Assembly: GCA_038316135.1 (NCBI GenBank)
Contig: JBBQAL010000004.1
Location: 1-52,769 of the forward strand
Origin: Candidatus Nanopelagicales bacterium
GTDB lineage: Bacteria; Actinomycetota; Actinomycetes; JAHEKZ01
Length of the DNA: 52,769 bases
Direction: 5' to 3'
In this document: one piece after another, positions 1 through 9,706 of the stretch
Layout of the letters: the number at the start of each line of letters is the position of its first letter
How positions within the stretch are numbered: position 1 is the first letter of the stretch
The notes under the pieces: model-generated
What the model saw: the letters and a program-made list of their open reading frames with translations, nothing else
What the model was told of the DNA's origin: nothing
Databases searched by the model: none
Position numbers and translations under genes: made by a program

Positions 1-192
1 GTCGGCCCCACCGAAGCGGCCAACCTCGCCGTCCTCTGCCGACGCCACCACCGCCTCAAACACACCGCAGGATGGACCGTCACCCTCGACCCCACCGGAG
101 TCATGACCTGGACCACCCCCACCGGACGCACCCACCAAACCGAACCCTGGCACTACACAGATCCCGATCCACCCCCCGAACTCGACGGTTAG
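1..192 (+). CDS. 3' end of DUF222/HNH endonuclease (13E12-repeat-like) protein, partial
   Basis: Frame 1 reads VGPTEAANLAVLCRRHHRLKHTAGWTVTLDPTGVMTWTTPTGRTHQTEP...DG* (TAG 190-192). The NLxxLCRxHHRxKH and WTTPTG motifs are typical of actinobacterial DUF222-HNH proteins. Not in the ORF track because the start lies outside the window. Confidence 0.85.
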   Translation, partial: VGPTEAANLAVLCRRHHRLKHTAGWTVTLDPTGVMTWTTPTGRTHQTEPWHYTDPDPPPELDG

Positions 193-241
193 TTGGGTTC
201 TAGTGATCAACCGCGGGGCGAGACGTACCGGGCGCGCCACC

Positions 242-247
242 TAGGAT
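242..247 (+). promoter_or_regulatory. -10 hexamer (TAGGAT) of a probable leaderless metG promoter
   Basis: TANNNT hexamer 6 nt before ATG 254, with no Shine-Dalgarno sequence. Confidence 0.6.
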
Positions 248-253
248 GCGCCC

Positions 254-2050
254 ATGTCCAAACGCATTCTGACTGCCGTTGCGTGGCCATATGCCAACGG
301 TCCGAGGCATATCGGTCACGTCTCGGGATTCGGCGTGCCCTCGGACGTATTCAGCCGCTACATGCGCATGTCCGGTCACGACGTTCTGATGGTGAGCGGG
401 ACGGACGAGCACGGAACACCGATTCAAGTCCAGGCAGATAAGGAAGGCGTCGGCGCGAAAGAGCTGGTCGATCGCTACAACCAGGTCATTGTCGAGGACC
501 TGCAGGGCCTTGGCCTCAGCTACGACCTCTTCACCCGCACCACAACACGCAACCACGCCGAGGTCGTCCAGGAGATCTTCAAGCAGCTGGTGAAGAACGA
601 CTACGTCTTCAGCAAGCAGGCGATGGGCGCCATATCGCCGTCGACGGGCCGGACGCTGCCGGACCGCTACATCGAAGGAACGTGCCCCATCTGCCAGTAC
701 GACGGTGCGCGCGGCGACCAGTGTGACAACTGCGGCAACCAGCTCGATCCCATCGACCTCAAGAACCCGCGGTCGCGGATCAATGGCGAGACGCCGAAGT
801 TTGTCGAGACGGAGCACTTCTTTCTCGACCTACCAGCGTTTACCGACTCGCTGCAGTCTTGGCTGGGAACCCGCACCGACTGGCGTCCCAACGTCCTGAA
901 GTTCAGTGGAAACCTGATCGGAGAGTTGCAGCCGCGTGCGATCAGTCGCGATCTTGACTGGGGTGTTCGGATTCCGCTCGAGGGCTGGGAGGATCGCAAC
1001 GACAAAAGGCTCTACGTCTGGTTTGACGCAGTGATTGGATACCTGTCAGCCTCCATCGAGTGGGCGCACCGCACGGGCGACGACGACGCCTGGCGCCGCT
1101 GGTGGCAAGATCCGGCGGCTCGTTCGTACTACTTCATGGGCAAAGACAACATCGTCTTCCACTCGGTCATCTGGCCGTCGATCCTGCTCGGGTACAACGG
1201 GCAGGGTGACAAGGGGGGAACCCCTGGGCGGCTTGGTGAGATGGGACTTCCCACCGAGGTTGTGTCCAGCGAGTACCTCACCATGGAAGGCCGCAAATTC
1301 TCGTCGTCCCGTCAGGTGGTCATCTATGTACGCGACTTCCTTGAGCGCTACGACGCCGACGCGCTTCGCTACTTCGTGGCCGCAGCTGGGCCCGAGAACC
1401 AGGATGCCGACTTCACTTGGTCTGAGTTCGTTCGGCGCAACAACGATGAACTGGTTGCGGGCTGGGGCAACTTGGTCAATCGCTCGGTGTCGATGGCGGC
1501 CAAGAACTTCGGCCACATCCCGCAGTCCGTCGACCCGACAGACGCCGACCGCGCCCTGCTGCAGACCGTGCGCGCCAGCTTCGGGACCGTTGGCGATCTG
1601 CTGGGCAAGTCGCGACAGAAGGCGGCGATCGTTGAGGCGATGCGAACTGTTGCCGAGGCCAACAAGTACATCTCAGACCAAGCGCCGTGGAAGCTCAAAG
1701 AGGATCCGGTGCGACAGGGCACGGTCTTGCACACCGCGCTCCAGGCCGTCCGTGACCTCAACACGATCCTGACGCCGTTCGTGCCGCACGCTGCGCAGAA
1801 GGTGCACGAGACCCTCGGAGGATCGGGTGTGTGGTCGGCGATGCCCGAGATCCGGTCCGTTTCAGAGCCAGGGAATGACGATTACAACGTCCTCATGGGG
1901 GACTACGCTTCGGCCTACGAGTCCGGGACACGCTGGGAATCGCAGCCGCTTGCCTCCGGTACGCCGTTGGCGCCACCCACACCGGTCTTCACCAAGCTCG
2001 ATCCGGCGATCGCCGATGAGGAACTAGCCCGGCTGGCAGGCGAGGCATAG
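254..2050 (+). CDS. metG: Methionine--tRNA ligase
   Basis: [13 protein letters not shown] (HIGH motif), [13 protein letters not shown]...CDNC zinc knuckle, LYVWFDA, KFSSS (KMSKS-like). Confidence 0.98.
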   Translation: MSKRILTAVAWPYANGPRHIGHVSGFGVPSDVFSRYMRMSGHDVLMVSGTDEHGTPIQVQADKEGVGAKELVDRYNQVIVEDLQGLGLSYDLFTRTTTRNHAEVVQEIFKQLVKNDYVFSKQAMGAISPSTGRTLPDRYIEGTCPICQYDGARGDQCDNCGNQLDPIDLKNPRSRINGETPKFVETEHFFLDLPAFTDSLQSWLGTRTDWRPNVLKFSGNLIGELQPRAISRDLDWGVRIPLEGWEDRNDKRLYVWFDAVIGYLSASIEWAHRTGDDDAWRRWWQDPAARSYYFMGKDNIVFHSVIWPSILLGYNGQGDKGGTPGRLGEMGLPTEVVSSEYLTMEGRKFSSSRQVVIYVRDFLERYDADALRYFVAAAGPENQDADFTWSEFVRRNNDELVAGWGNLVNRSVSMAAKNFGHIPQSVDPTDADRALLQTVRASFGTVGDLLGKSRQKAAIVEAMRTVAEANKYISDQAPWKLKEDPVRQGTVLHTALQAVRDLNTILTPFVPHAAQKVHETLGGSGVWSAMPEIRSVSEPGNDDYNVLMGDYASAYESGTRWESQPLASGTPLAPPTPVFTKLDPAIADEELARLAGEA

Positions 2051-2059
2051 CCTGCCGCC

Positions 2060-3457
2060 ATGACGCAGGAACCCAGCCGTTGGCACCCGCGGACGATCAT
2101 TGAGCCGTTTCGGATCCACTCCGTCGAGCCGCTGCACCTCACGACCGAGGACCAGCGGCATGCCGCGATCGTGGGGGCTGGCTACAACCTCTTCAACCTC
2201 AGGGCGCAGGACGTCCTGATCGACCTGCTCACCGACTCCGGTACCGGCGCGATGTCGCGCGATCAGTGGGCCGCCATCCAGCGCGGGGATGAGTCGTATG
2301 CCGGTTCACCCTCCTGGTTCGTCTTCCGCGATGCGGTCCAGGACCTTTTTCCGTTCGAACACGTGATCCCGACTCATCAGGGACGCGCCGCTGAGCGGAT
2401 CCTCTTCGAGGTACTCGGTGGTGAAGGCAAGGTGGTGCCCAACAACACCCACTTCGACACGACCAGGGCCAACGTTGAGGCGAGCGGAGCTACCGCTGTT
2501 GACCTCGTCATCGCAGAAGGCACGGACCCGGAGTCCGACCATCCGTTCAAGGGCAACATGGATGTTGCGGCGCTCGAAACGCTTCTTGCCGAACGCTCGG
2601 CTGACGTACCCGTCGTGATGATGACGATCACCAACAACTCCGGGGGAGGGCAACCGGTGTCGCTTGCGAACCTGCTCGCCGTCCGTGAGGTTTGCGACCG
2701 CTACGAGGTGCCACTGTTCCTCGATGCCTGCCGGTTCGCCGAGAACGCCTGGTTCATCCGCGAACGAGAAGCTGGCATGGGTGATCGTGACGTGCGCGAT
2801 ATCGTCCGTGAGATCGCGGCCGTTGCCGACGGAATGACGATGAGCGCGAAGAAGGACCCCATGGGCAACATCGGGGGATGGCTGGCCATGGACGACGACG
2901 CGCTCGCCGAGCAGTGCCGCAACCTGCTCATCCTCACCGAGGGCTTCCCCACCTACGGAGGGCTGGCCGGCCGCGATCTCGAGGCCCTCGCCCAAGGGCT
3001 GAGCGAAGCGATCGATCACGATTACCTCCGTTATCGGATCACGTCGACCGCCTACTTGGGGGAAGCGCTCGACCGGGCCGGGATCCCGGTCGTGATGCCG
3101 ATCGGCGGCCACGCCGTCTACCTCGATGCACGCACTCTGCTCGCGCATCTTGATCCGATGCAGTACCCGGGTCAGTCGCTAGCCGTCGCGCTCTACGAGG
3201 TCGGTGGCGTCCGCGGTTGTGAGATTGGAACGGTGATGTTCGGCCGTCGGCCGGACGGGTCGGAGCAACCAGCGTCGATGGATCTCGTACGGCTCGCCAT
3301 CCCTCGACGCACCTACACGCAAAGCCACATCGACTACGTGATCGAGGTGTGCGAAGAAGTAGCGCGGCGCGCGTCAGAGCTCCCCGGCTACCGCATCGTC
3401 GACCAGCCACAGATGTTGCGCCACTTCACCGCGTCCTTCGAACCTGTCGCTCCCTGA
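2060..3457 (+). CDS. tnaA: Tryptophanase (tryptophan indole-lyase, PLP beta-eliminating lyase)
   Basis: IDLLTDSGT, GDESYAGS, THQGRAAE and the SAKKD PLP lysine. HFDTT, CEIG and LRHFTA match tryptophanase rather than tyrosine phenol-lyase (YFTTT, MERG, LRFFTA). Confidence 0.9.
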   Translation: MTQEPSRWHPRTIIEPFRIHSVEPLHLTTEDQRHAAIVGAGYNLFNLRAQDVLIDLLTDSGTGAMSRDQWAAIQRGDESYAGSPSWFVFRDAVQDLFPFEHVIPTHQGRAAERILFEVLGGEGKVVPNNTHFDTTRANVEASGATAVDLVIAEGTDPESDHPFKGNMDVAALETLLAERSADVPVVMMTITNNSGGGQPVSLANLLAVREVCDRYEVPLFLDACRFAENAWFIREREAGMGDRDVRDIVREIAAVADGMTMSAKKDPMGNIGGWLAMDDDALAEQCRNLLILTEGFPTYGGLAGRDLEALAQGLSEAIDHDYLRYRITSTAYLGEALDRAGIPVVMPIGGHAVYLDARTLLAHLDPMQYPGQSLAVALYEVGGVRGCEIGTVMFGRRPDGSEQPASMDLVRLAIPRRTYTQSHIDYVIEVCEEVARRASELPGYRIVDQPQMLRHFTASFEPVAP

Positions 3458-4149
3458 TGCCGCACACCGACGGCCCAGCGCCGGAGCTCTTCACTCTCAG
3501 CGAGGTCACATTCGTCGCTCGTGAACGCCCGATTCTCGACCACGTCAGCGACCACATCCATGAAGGACATGTCACCGCGATCGTCGGTCCGAGCGGCTCC
3601 GGGAAGTCGACGTTGTTGCGGATGCTCAACCGGTTGGAGGAGCCGACATCGGGAAGCATTCACTTTCGCGGGGTTCCACTTCCGGAGCTTGACGTCCGCG
3701 ATCTGCGTCGTCGGGTGGGAATGGTGGCGCAGCACCCGGCCATGCTCACCAGCCGGATCGACGACGAGGTCAGAGTCGGCAAGCCCGATCTCACCGATGG
3801 CGAGGTGGACAGCCTGCTCGCCCGGGTGGCACTGGTCCACATTGAGCGAGAACGACGCCCCGCAGACCTCTCGGGGGGTGAGCAGCAGCGGCTCGCGCTC
3901 GCGCGGGCCCTCGCGGTTGGCCCCGAGGTATTGCTGCTCGACGAGCCGACGAGCGCACTGGACCGTAAGGCAGCTGAGTCGGTGGACGCCGTGATCGCCA
4001 GTCTGGTCGGCCTCGGTCTGTCCGTCGTGCTGGTCAGCCACGACCTCGAGCGCGCCGCGGCCCTGACCCATGATGCGCTGGTTCTCGACAACGGGCGCTT
4101 GGTCGACCGTGGTGATCCCGCCCGGGTCACCTATCTCGAAGGAGGCTGA
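3457..4149 (+). CDS. fetA: ABC transporter ATP-binding protein, FetA/YbbL-like
   Basis: Walker A GPSGSGKS, signature LSGGEQQR, Walker B LLLDEPT and VSHD. ATG 3457 overlaps the tnaA stop (TGATG). Adjacent to a FetB-type permease. Confidence 0.8.
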   Translation: MPHTDGPAPELFTLSEVTFVARERPILDHVSDHIHEGHVTAIVGPSGSGKSTLLRMLNRLEEPTSGSIHFRGVPLPELDVRDLRRRVGMVAQHPAMLTSRIDDEVRVGKPDLTDGEVDSLLARVALVHIERERRPADLSGGEQQRLALARALAVGPEVLLLDEPTSALDRKAAESVDAVIASLVGLGLSVVLVSHDLERAAALTHDALVLDNGRLVDRGDPARVTYLEGG

Positions 4150-4151
4150 CG

Positions 4152-4931
4152 ATGGGGTCAACGACAGCGAACATCCCCACCTGGCTGGGTGTTGCCGCCT
4201 CCGCGTCGCTTGTGCTTATCGCCATTCTCATCTCGTGGCGAGAGCGCCTCGGGCTCGAGCGCGAGGTCGCGGTGGCAGCGGTGCGGGCGCTCGTTCAGCT
4301 CGCCCTTGTTGGTGCCTTGCTGCTGATCGTCTTCGATCGCGGCGGGCGGCTGGCAGCGTTCGGCTGGCTCGTCATCATGGTGGTCATCGCCGGCTTCGTC
4401 GCCGGTGGGCGAGCCCGGAGCATCCCGCAGGCTCGATCACATGCCTGGTGGGGCATCGGTGTCGCTGTGACGATGACGATGGGCCTCCTGCTTGCGCTCG
4501 GCACGATCGACGCGGTGCCTCGCGTTGTCATCCCTGTCGGAGGAATGGTGGTCAGCACTGCGATGGTGACGGCCGGACTTGGCCTGCAGCGCACCGCCGA
4601 CGTTGTCGATGACCAGCGCGCCCGGATCGAAGCGAGGCTTGCCCTCGGTCTGTCGCCGCGCGAGGCATTTCTGGAGCCCTACCGCACCGCGATGCGGACG
4701 GCGCTCGTCCCCTCCGTCGACACCACCAAAGTGGTCGGGCTGATCTCACTCCCCGGCGCGATGACCGGGCTCATTTTGGCCGGTGTCGACCCCTGGGATG
4801 CGATTCGCTACCAGATCGTCGTCATGTACATGCTGCTCGGTGCGGCGTTCATGGCTGCTGTCATCTCGGCGAGGCTCGCGCAGCGATCACTGTTTGACGA
4901 CGCCGAACGTCTGGTCCGCACCGTGCTCTGA
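4152..4931 (+). CDS. fetB: ABC transporter permease, FetB/YbbM (UPF0014, STAR2-like)
   Basis: RALVQL, IPVGGMVV, ARLALG and GLISLPGAMTGLILAGVDPWDAIRYQIVVM match the UPF0014 family; multiple TM helices. Confidence 0.85.
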   Translation: MGSTTANIPTWLGVAASASLVLIAILISWRERLGLEREVAVAAVRALVQLALVGALLLIVFDRGGRLAAFGWLVIMVVIAGFVAGGRARSIPQARSHAWWGIGVAVTMTMGLLLALGTIDAVPRVVIPVGGMVVSTAMVTAGLGLQRTADVVDDQRARIEARLALGLSPREAFLEPYRTAMRTALVPSVDTTKVVGLISLPGAMTGLILAGVDPWDAIRYQIVVMYMLLGAAFMAAVISARLAQRSLFDDAERLVRTVL

Positions 4932-4987
4932 GCGTGGCTCGAGCTGTCCAGACCGTTCGCCCTTTCGTGATCTGCCACGATGGGGTT

Positions 4988-5863
4988 ATGTCCGATCCGT
5001 CCCCAGCGTCGCCTGAGCCCGGCGTCGGCAGTTGGCCGGAGCTGCCCGAGCCGCTCCCAAGCTCGGTCCCCGACAGTCACTGTCACCTGGACATCTCTTT
5101 CGACGTCGGCAAGCACGGCGCTGGGCTCTCGGTCGATGAGGCGCTACGGCTGGCGGCGGCTGTCGGGGTGACCAGAATCGTCCAGGTCGGCTACGACGTC
5201 GCGAGCTCGCGATTCGGCGTGGAAGTGGCGGCCAGGCACCGGCAGGTGGTCGCCGCTGTCGCCCTGCACCCGAACGAAGCTCCGCGGCTCGCCGCTTCCG
5301 GGACTTTCGACGAAGCGTTCGTCGAAATCCTGGCGCTAGCGGCCGACGAACGAGTGGTCGCGATCGGTGAGACCGGCCTTGACCATTTCCGCACCGGCCC
5401 GGACGGTCGGCATGCACAGGAGGAGTCGTTCCGGCGCCACATCGCGCTGGCCAAGGCACTAGGTAAGACGCTGGTCATCCACGATCGGGAAGCCCACGAC
5501 GACGTCGTTCGTGTCCTCCATGAGGAGGGTGCCCCGGACCGCGTCGTCTTCCATTGCTTCTCGGGTGGGACAGAGCTGGCAGCCCAATGCTCCGAGCATG
5601 GCTGGTTCATGTCGTTCGCCGGGCCGGTCACGTTCAAGGCGAATGACCACCTTCGCGAGGCTCTCGCCGTCGCTCCGGCCGACCTCTTGCTGGTAGAGAC
5701 CGACGCGCCCTTCTTGGCGCCGTTGCCGCACCGAGGTCGCCCCAATGCGTCGTACCTGATCCCAGTGACCCTGCGGGCGATGGCGCAGGTGAAGGGCGTC
5801 AGTATCGATGAGTTGGCTCGGACCGTCGCCGCCAACACCGAACGGGCCTTCGGGGCCTGGTAA
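4988..5863 (+). CDS. tatD: TatD family hydrolase
   Basis: DSHCH, AIGETGLD, IHDREA, VFHCFS, LLVETDAPFL. Start placed at ATG 4988, 6 nt after CACGAT. Confidence 0.95.
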   Translation: MSDPSPASPEPGVGSWPELPEPLPSSVPDSHCHLDISFDVGKHGAGLSVDEALRLAAAVGVTRIVQVGYDVASSRFGVEVAARHRQVVAAVALHPNEAPRLAASGTFDEAFVEILALAADERVVAIGETGLDHFRTGPDGRHAQEESFRRHIALAKALGKTLVIHDREAHDDVVRVLHEEGAPDRVVFHCFSGGTELAAQCSEHGWFMSFAGPVTFKANDHLREALAVAPADLLLVETDAPFLAPLPHRGRPNASYLIPVTLRAMAQVKGVSIDELARTVAANTERAFGAW

Positions 5864-5901
5864 GGCAGAGCAAGGCAGAGCAAGGCAGAACAAGGCAGGG
5901 G
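5862..5901. repeat. 10-bp tandem repeat AAGGCAG(A/G)(G/A)(C/G) x4
   Basis: aaggcagagc aaggcagagc aaggcagaac aaggcagggg, starting in the tatD stop codon. Confidence 0.9.
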
Positions 5902-6029
5902 TCGAGGCTGGCTTGAGGCTCAAGTCTCGACGTGAGATTCACTCTTTTGGCGCGAGATTAACCCGGTTGGACGAAGGGCCTGGGGACGACGGTTCGCTCT
6001 TGGGGGTGCGCACCGCTAGCGTCGATCGG

Positions 6030-7124
6030 GTGTCTCGTCGACTGAAGGTCGTTCTTGAGGGTGCCCTGGTGGTGGCCCTCCTGCTTGGCGTCTCCGGATT
6101 CGCCCACAGCGACAACCGGGTCGACCTCAGTGTCGATGGTCAGACGGTGAGCGTCGAGACGCACGCCGACACTGTCGCCGAGCTGCTCGACGAGCAGGGT
6201 GTGGTGGTCACCGACCGCGACCTCGTCGAGCCCGATTCGGTCGCCTCGCTGGACGCGGTTCCGGTCGTCACGGTCCGGCACGCTCGGCAACTGCAGATCG
6301 TCATCGATGGCCAGCCGACCCAGATTTGGACGACCGAGCTCACCGTTGACGCCGCTCTCGACCAGTACGGCGTGCGGATGGCCGACGCCGAGTTCTCAGC
6401 ATCACGAAGTGAGCGGCTCCCCCTCACCGGCGGTCGGGTCGGCGTCCAACTACCCGACCAGGTCACCGTGGTGCACGACCAACGGCGCACGACGGTGGTC
6501 ACCACCGCTCAGTCGGTCGCTGCCCTCCTCCGCGAAGCCAGCGTCCGACTAGGCCGAGACGACCTGATCAACGTTGGTCTGGGTCGAGAGGTCGAGACCG
6601 GAATGCAAATCGTGGTCACGCGGGTCGACGCCAGCACAGTGCGCCGAGCCTTCACCATCGACCACGCTGTTGTGCGTCGAGCCGATCCGTCCCGTTATGA
6701 GGGCGTCGAGAAGACTCTGCAGCGGGGCCGTGACGGCCGCGGAGTGATCATCACCCGCGTTGTTCGGCACGATGGTGTCACCGTTCGGCAGCGTCAGCTC
6801 GACCGCAAGGTCACCCGCCAACCCGTGCGCCAGATCGTGATCTACGGCACCAAGGTTCGGCCCTTTTCTGCTCCGGCAACCGGAGCAGAGGGTCTCAACT
6901 GGGGTGCGCTGGCTGGGTGCGAGTCTGGGGGCAACCCGCGGGCCGTCAACCCTGCTGGGTATTACGGGCTTTACCAGTTCTCGCTCTCGACGTGGGCCAC
7001 CGTCGGCGGGACGGGTAACCCAATTGATGCCACCCCGGACGAGCAGACCTACCGGGCTCAGATCCTCTATGAGCGCTCCGGCGCCGGCCAGTGGCCCGTC
7101 TGCGGCCCGCTGCTCTTCAGCTGA
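6030..7124 (+). CDS. rpfB: Resuscitation-promoting factor RpfB (DUF348 repeats, G5 domain, lysozyme-like domain)
   Basis: N-terminal signal/TM segment, three ubiquitin-like repeats, G5 domain, then [12 protein letters not shown]...YYGLYQF...EQ...QWPVCG. Located between tatD and rsmA. Start uncertain (GTG 6006 or 6030). Confidence 0.93.
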   Translation: MSRRLKVVLEGALVVALLLGVSGFAHSDNRVDLSVDGQTVSVETHADTVAELLDEQGVVVTDRDLVEPDSVASLDAVPVVTVRHARQLQIVIDGQPTQIWTTELTVDAALDQYGVRMADAEFSASRSERLPLTGGRVGVQLPDQVTVVHDQRRTTVVTTAQSVAALLREASVRLGRDDLINVGLGREVETGMQIVVTRVDASTVRRAFTIDHAVVRRADPSRYEGVEKTLQRGRDGRGVIITRVVRHDGVTVRQRQLDRKVTRQPVRQIVIYGTKVRPFSAPATGAEGLNWGALAGCESGGNPRAVNPAGYYGLYQFSLSTWATVGGTGNPIDATPDEQTYRAQILYERSGAGQWPVCGPLLFS

Positions 7125-7140
7125 GGGCACACTGAGGGCC

Positions 7141-8010
7141 GTGACGAACTCCGGCGCCAATGCGCAGCTCCTTGGCGCCGCGGCGATTCGCCAGCTGGCC
7201 GAAGCGCTCAACTTGCGTCCGGCCAAACGCTGGGGTCAGAACTTCGTGGTCGACGCGAACACGGTTCGACGCATCGTGCGCCTGGCCGGGATCGGCCCCG
7301 ATGAGGTGGTGGTCGAGGTCGGCCCCGGTCTCGGCTCGCTGACCCTGGGGCTGCTCGAGACCGGAGCGCGGGTGCTGGCGGTTGAGATCGACACGACGCT
7401 GGCCGAGGCCCTGCCGGCCACCGTCGGCACCTATCTGCCGGCGGCAGCGGACCGGCTCACCGTGATTGGCGCCGATGCACTGCAGCTCACCGAGCTTCCA
7501 GCCGCACCCGACGCGTTTGTCGCCAACCTCCCGTACAACGTGGCGGTGCCGGTCATCTTGCATCTGTTGGCCCAGTTCCCCTCGCTCGACCACGGTTTGG
7601 TCATGGTGCAGTGGGAGGTCGCTGAGCGATTGGCCGCACCACCGGGAAGCCGAACGTATGGGGTCCCGAGCGTCAAGGCCGCCTGGTACGCCGACGTGAC
7701 CCGGCAGGGCCGCGTCCCCCGCACGGTTTTCTGGCCAGTCCCTAACGTCGATTCGGGGCTGGTTGGCTTCCGAAGGCATCCGCCTCCCGAGACCAGCGCA
7801 TCCCGCGAAGAGGTTTTTGCCTGTATCGATGCCGCCTTCGCGCAGCGGCGCAAGAGCCTGCGGTCGGCCCTGGCACGTTGGGCCGGTGGTGTTGAAGCCG
7901 CCGATGCAACCCTGCGTACGGCCGGTATCGATCCCTCGCTGCGAGGCGAACGCCTCGACATCGTGGCCTTTGCGGCTATCGCTGAGCATCGTCGCGATGC
8001 GGGTGGGTGA
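7141..8010 (+). CDS. rsmA: 16S rRNA m6,2A1518/1519 dimethyltransferase KsgA
   Basis: [42 protein letters not shown]. Confidence 0.96.
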   Translation: MTNSGANAQLLGAAAIRQLAEALNLRPAKRWGQNFVVDANTVRRIVRLAGIGPDEVVVEVGPGLGSLTLGLLETGARVLAVEIDTTLAEALPATVGTYLPAAADRLTVIGADALQLTELPAAPDAFVANLPYNVAVPVILHLLAQFPSLDHGLVMVQWEVAERLAAPPGSRTYGVPSVKAAWYADVTRQGRVPRTVFWPVPNVDSGLVGFRRHPPPETSASREEVFACIDAAFAQRRKSLRSALARWAGGVEAADATLRTAGIDPSLRGERLDIVAFAAIAEHRRDAGG

Positions 8011-8074
8011 TGGATGCTGACAGACTGGCCCGGTTCGATCGGTGCGACGGCCTGGCGACGAGAGGATGTGACGG

Positions 8075-8977
8075 GTGAGTCCGGTAACGGTGCGGGTGCC
8101 CGCGAAGGTGAACCTGCAACTTGTTGTCGGATCCGAGCGTGCTGACGGGTTTCACGATGTGGCAACGGTCTACCACGCGGTTTCGCTCTTTGACGACGTC
8201 ACAGCGTTGCCCGGTGACCACCTCACCGTCAGCGTCGAGGGCGAAGGTGCTGAAACGGTGCCTACCGACGACTCCAACCTGGCGGTAGTCGCGGCGCGTG
8301 CGCTCGCCGACCACCTGGGGATCGAGCCGCACGCCCACTTGCACGTCCATAAGTCGATCCCGGTGGCTGCCGGCATGGCTGGTGGCAGTGCGGACGCTGC
8401 CGGTGCACTGCTGGCTCTGGACCGACTCTGGGATGCCGGGCTCGATCGGGGCGAGCTCGTCGAGCTGGCTGCCGGAGTCGGAAGCGATGTGCCGTTCGCC
8501 CTGGTCGGGCACACCGCCATGGGCCTGGGACGCGGTGAGAAGCTGACGCCGGTGCTGGCTCGCGGGCACTTCCACTGGGTTTTTGCCTTCCCGGAGACTG
8601 GACTGCCGACACCGGAGGTCTACACCGAACTCGACCGGTTGCGGGCAACATCAGTGCTCCCTGAACCCCGGGTATCGGATGCGCTGATGAGTGCTCTGCG
8701 GGCCGGAAACGCCGCTGCGCTAGGAGCGGCGCTCGGCAACGACCTGCAACGTGCCGCAGTCTCGCTGCGGCCGGGTCTGGCCATGACCCTCGATGTCGGT
8801 GACGAGTACGGGGCGCTCGGAGCCTTGGTGTCCGGCTCTGGTCCCACCTGCGCTTTCCTCGCCCGCGATGAAGAACACGCTCTCGACTTGGCTGTCGCGC
8901 TCACTGCCTCAGGGACGTGCCGGACGGTTACCTCCGCAGTGGGTCCGGTCGGCGGGGCTCGGGTCGTGGACGCGTGA
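8075..8977 (+). CDS. ispE: 4-diphosphocytidyl-2-C-methyl-D-erythritol kinase
   Basis: PAKVNLQL, KSIPVAAGMAGGSADAA, GSDVPF, NDLQ, VSGSGPT. Confidence 0.96.
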   Translation: MSPVTVRVPAKVNLQLVVGSERADGFHDVATVYHAVSLFDDVTALPGDHLTVSVEGEGAETVPTDDSNLAVVAARALADHLGIEPHAHLHVHKSIPVAAGMAGGSADAAGALLALDRLWDAGLDRGELVELAAGVGSDVPFALVGHTAMGLGRGEKLTPVLARGHFHWVFAFPETGLPTPEVYTELDRLRATSVLPEPRVSDALMSALRAGNAAALGAALGNDLQRAAVSLRPGLAMTLDVGDEYGALGALVSGSGPTCAFLARDEEHALDLAVALTASGTCRTVTSAVGPVGGARVVDA

Positions 8978-9684
8978 GCTCGTCCGCGGTCGTTTCCCTG
9001 GAGTGGGGCCCTCAGGGCCTCCGCATGTTGTCCGAGACCTGCGAGTGCGTCGTACTCGTCGATGTGTTCTCGTTCTCGACGTCGGTCGCCGTTGCCGTCT
9101 CGCGTGGCGCAGCGGTCTGGCCGCACACGGGTCATGAGCGCGCCGAAGAACTGGCCAGGGCGATCGGGGCGACGTTGGTCCGCGGCAGGAACATGCGTGA
9201 AGGACGGACGATGTCGCCGGCCAGCCTGCTCGGTGTCCAGGACGGTGAGCGACTGATCATGCCGTCTGACAACGGATCGGTCATCTCGCACGCTGCCCTC
9301 ATGTCGGGACTGACGGTTGTCGCCGGGTCGCTGCGCAATGCGTCGGCTGTTGCGCGTTGGCTCTCCGGACGGTTCGCCACTATCGGCCTCGTACCAGCTG
9401 GGGAAGAGTGGCCAGACGGTGCCATGCGGGTCTGCTATGAGGACCTCATCGGAGCTGGTGCGATCGCAGCTGGGATGGCCGACCTGGGTGGCGAGACCCG
9501 CATGACTCCGGAGGTGCTGGCAGCCGCCGCGGCGTTCCGAGCGCGAGCCTCCCTGGTCGAGGTTCCTTCGGGACGCGAGCTCGTCGAGCGCGGGTTTGCC
9601 GAGGACGTACGGCTGGCCGAGGAGGTCGACTCCGACGACGTTGTTCCGTTGTTGCGCAACGGACGCTACGTGGCGGCCGACTGA
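8974..9684 (+). CDS. 2-phosphosulfolactate phosphatase (ComB) family protein
   Basis: VVLVDVFSFSTSV, SPASL, SDNGS, GSLRNASAV, EDLIGAG, SGRELVERGFAEDV. GTGA overlap with the ispE stop. Confidence 0.8.
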   Translation: MSSSAVVSLEWGPQGLRMLSETCECVVLVDVFSFSTSVAVAVSRGAAVWPHTGHERAEELARAIGATLVRGRNMREGRTMSPASLLGVQDGERLIMPSDNGSVISHAALMSGLTVVAGSLRNASAVARWLSGRFATIGLVPAGEEWPDGAMRVCYEDLIGAGAIAAGMADLGGETRMTPEVLAAAAAFRARASLVEVPSGRELVERGFAEDVRLAEEVDSDDVVPLLRNGRYVAAD

Positions 9685-9706
9685 CCGGCGCGTCGTAGCT
9701 GACGGG

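Noticed and set aside
5923-5939. AGTCTCGACGTGAGATT resembling a TamR/UrtR-type operator upstream of rpfB
   Set aside because: One base short of the spacing I recall for that palindrome, with mismatched outer bases; too weak to assign.
5864-6030. Possible c-di-AMP (ydaO) riboswitch before the rpf gene
   Set aside because: Those precede rpfA-type genes; I see no ydaO core motifs and the interval is occupied by simple repeats.
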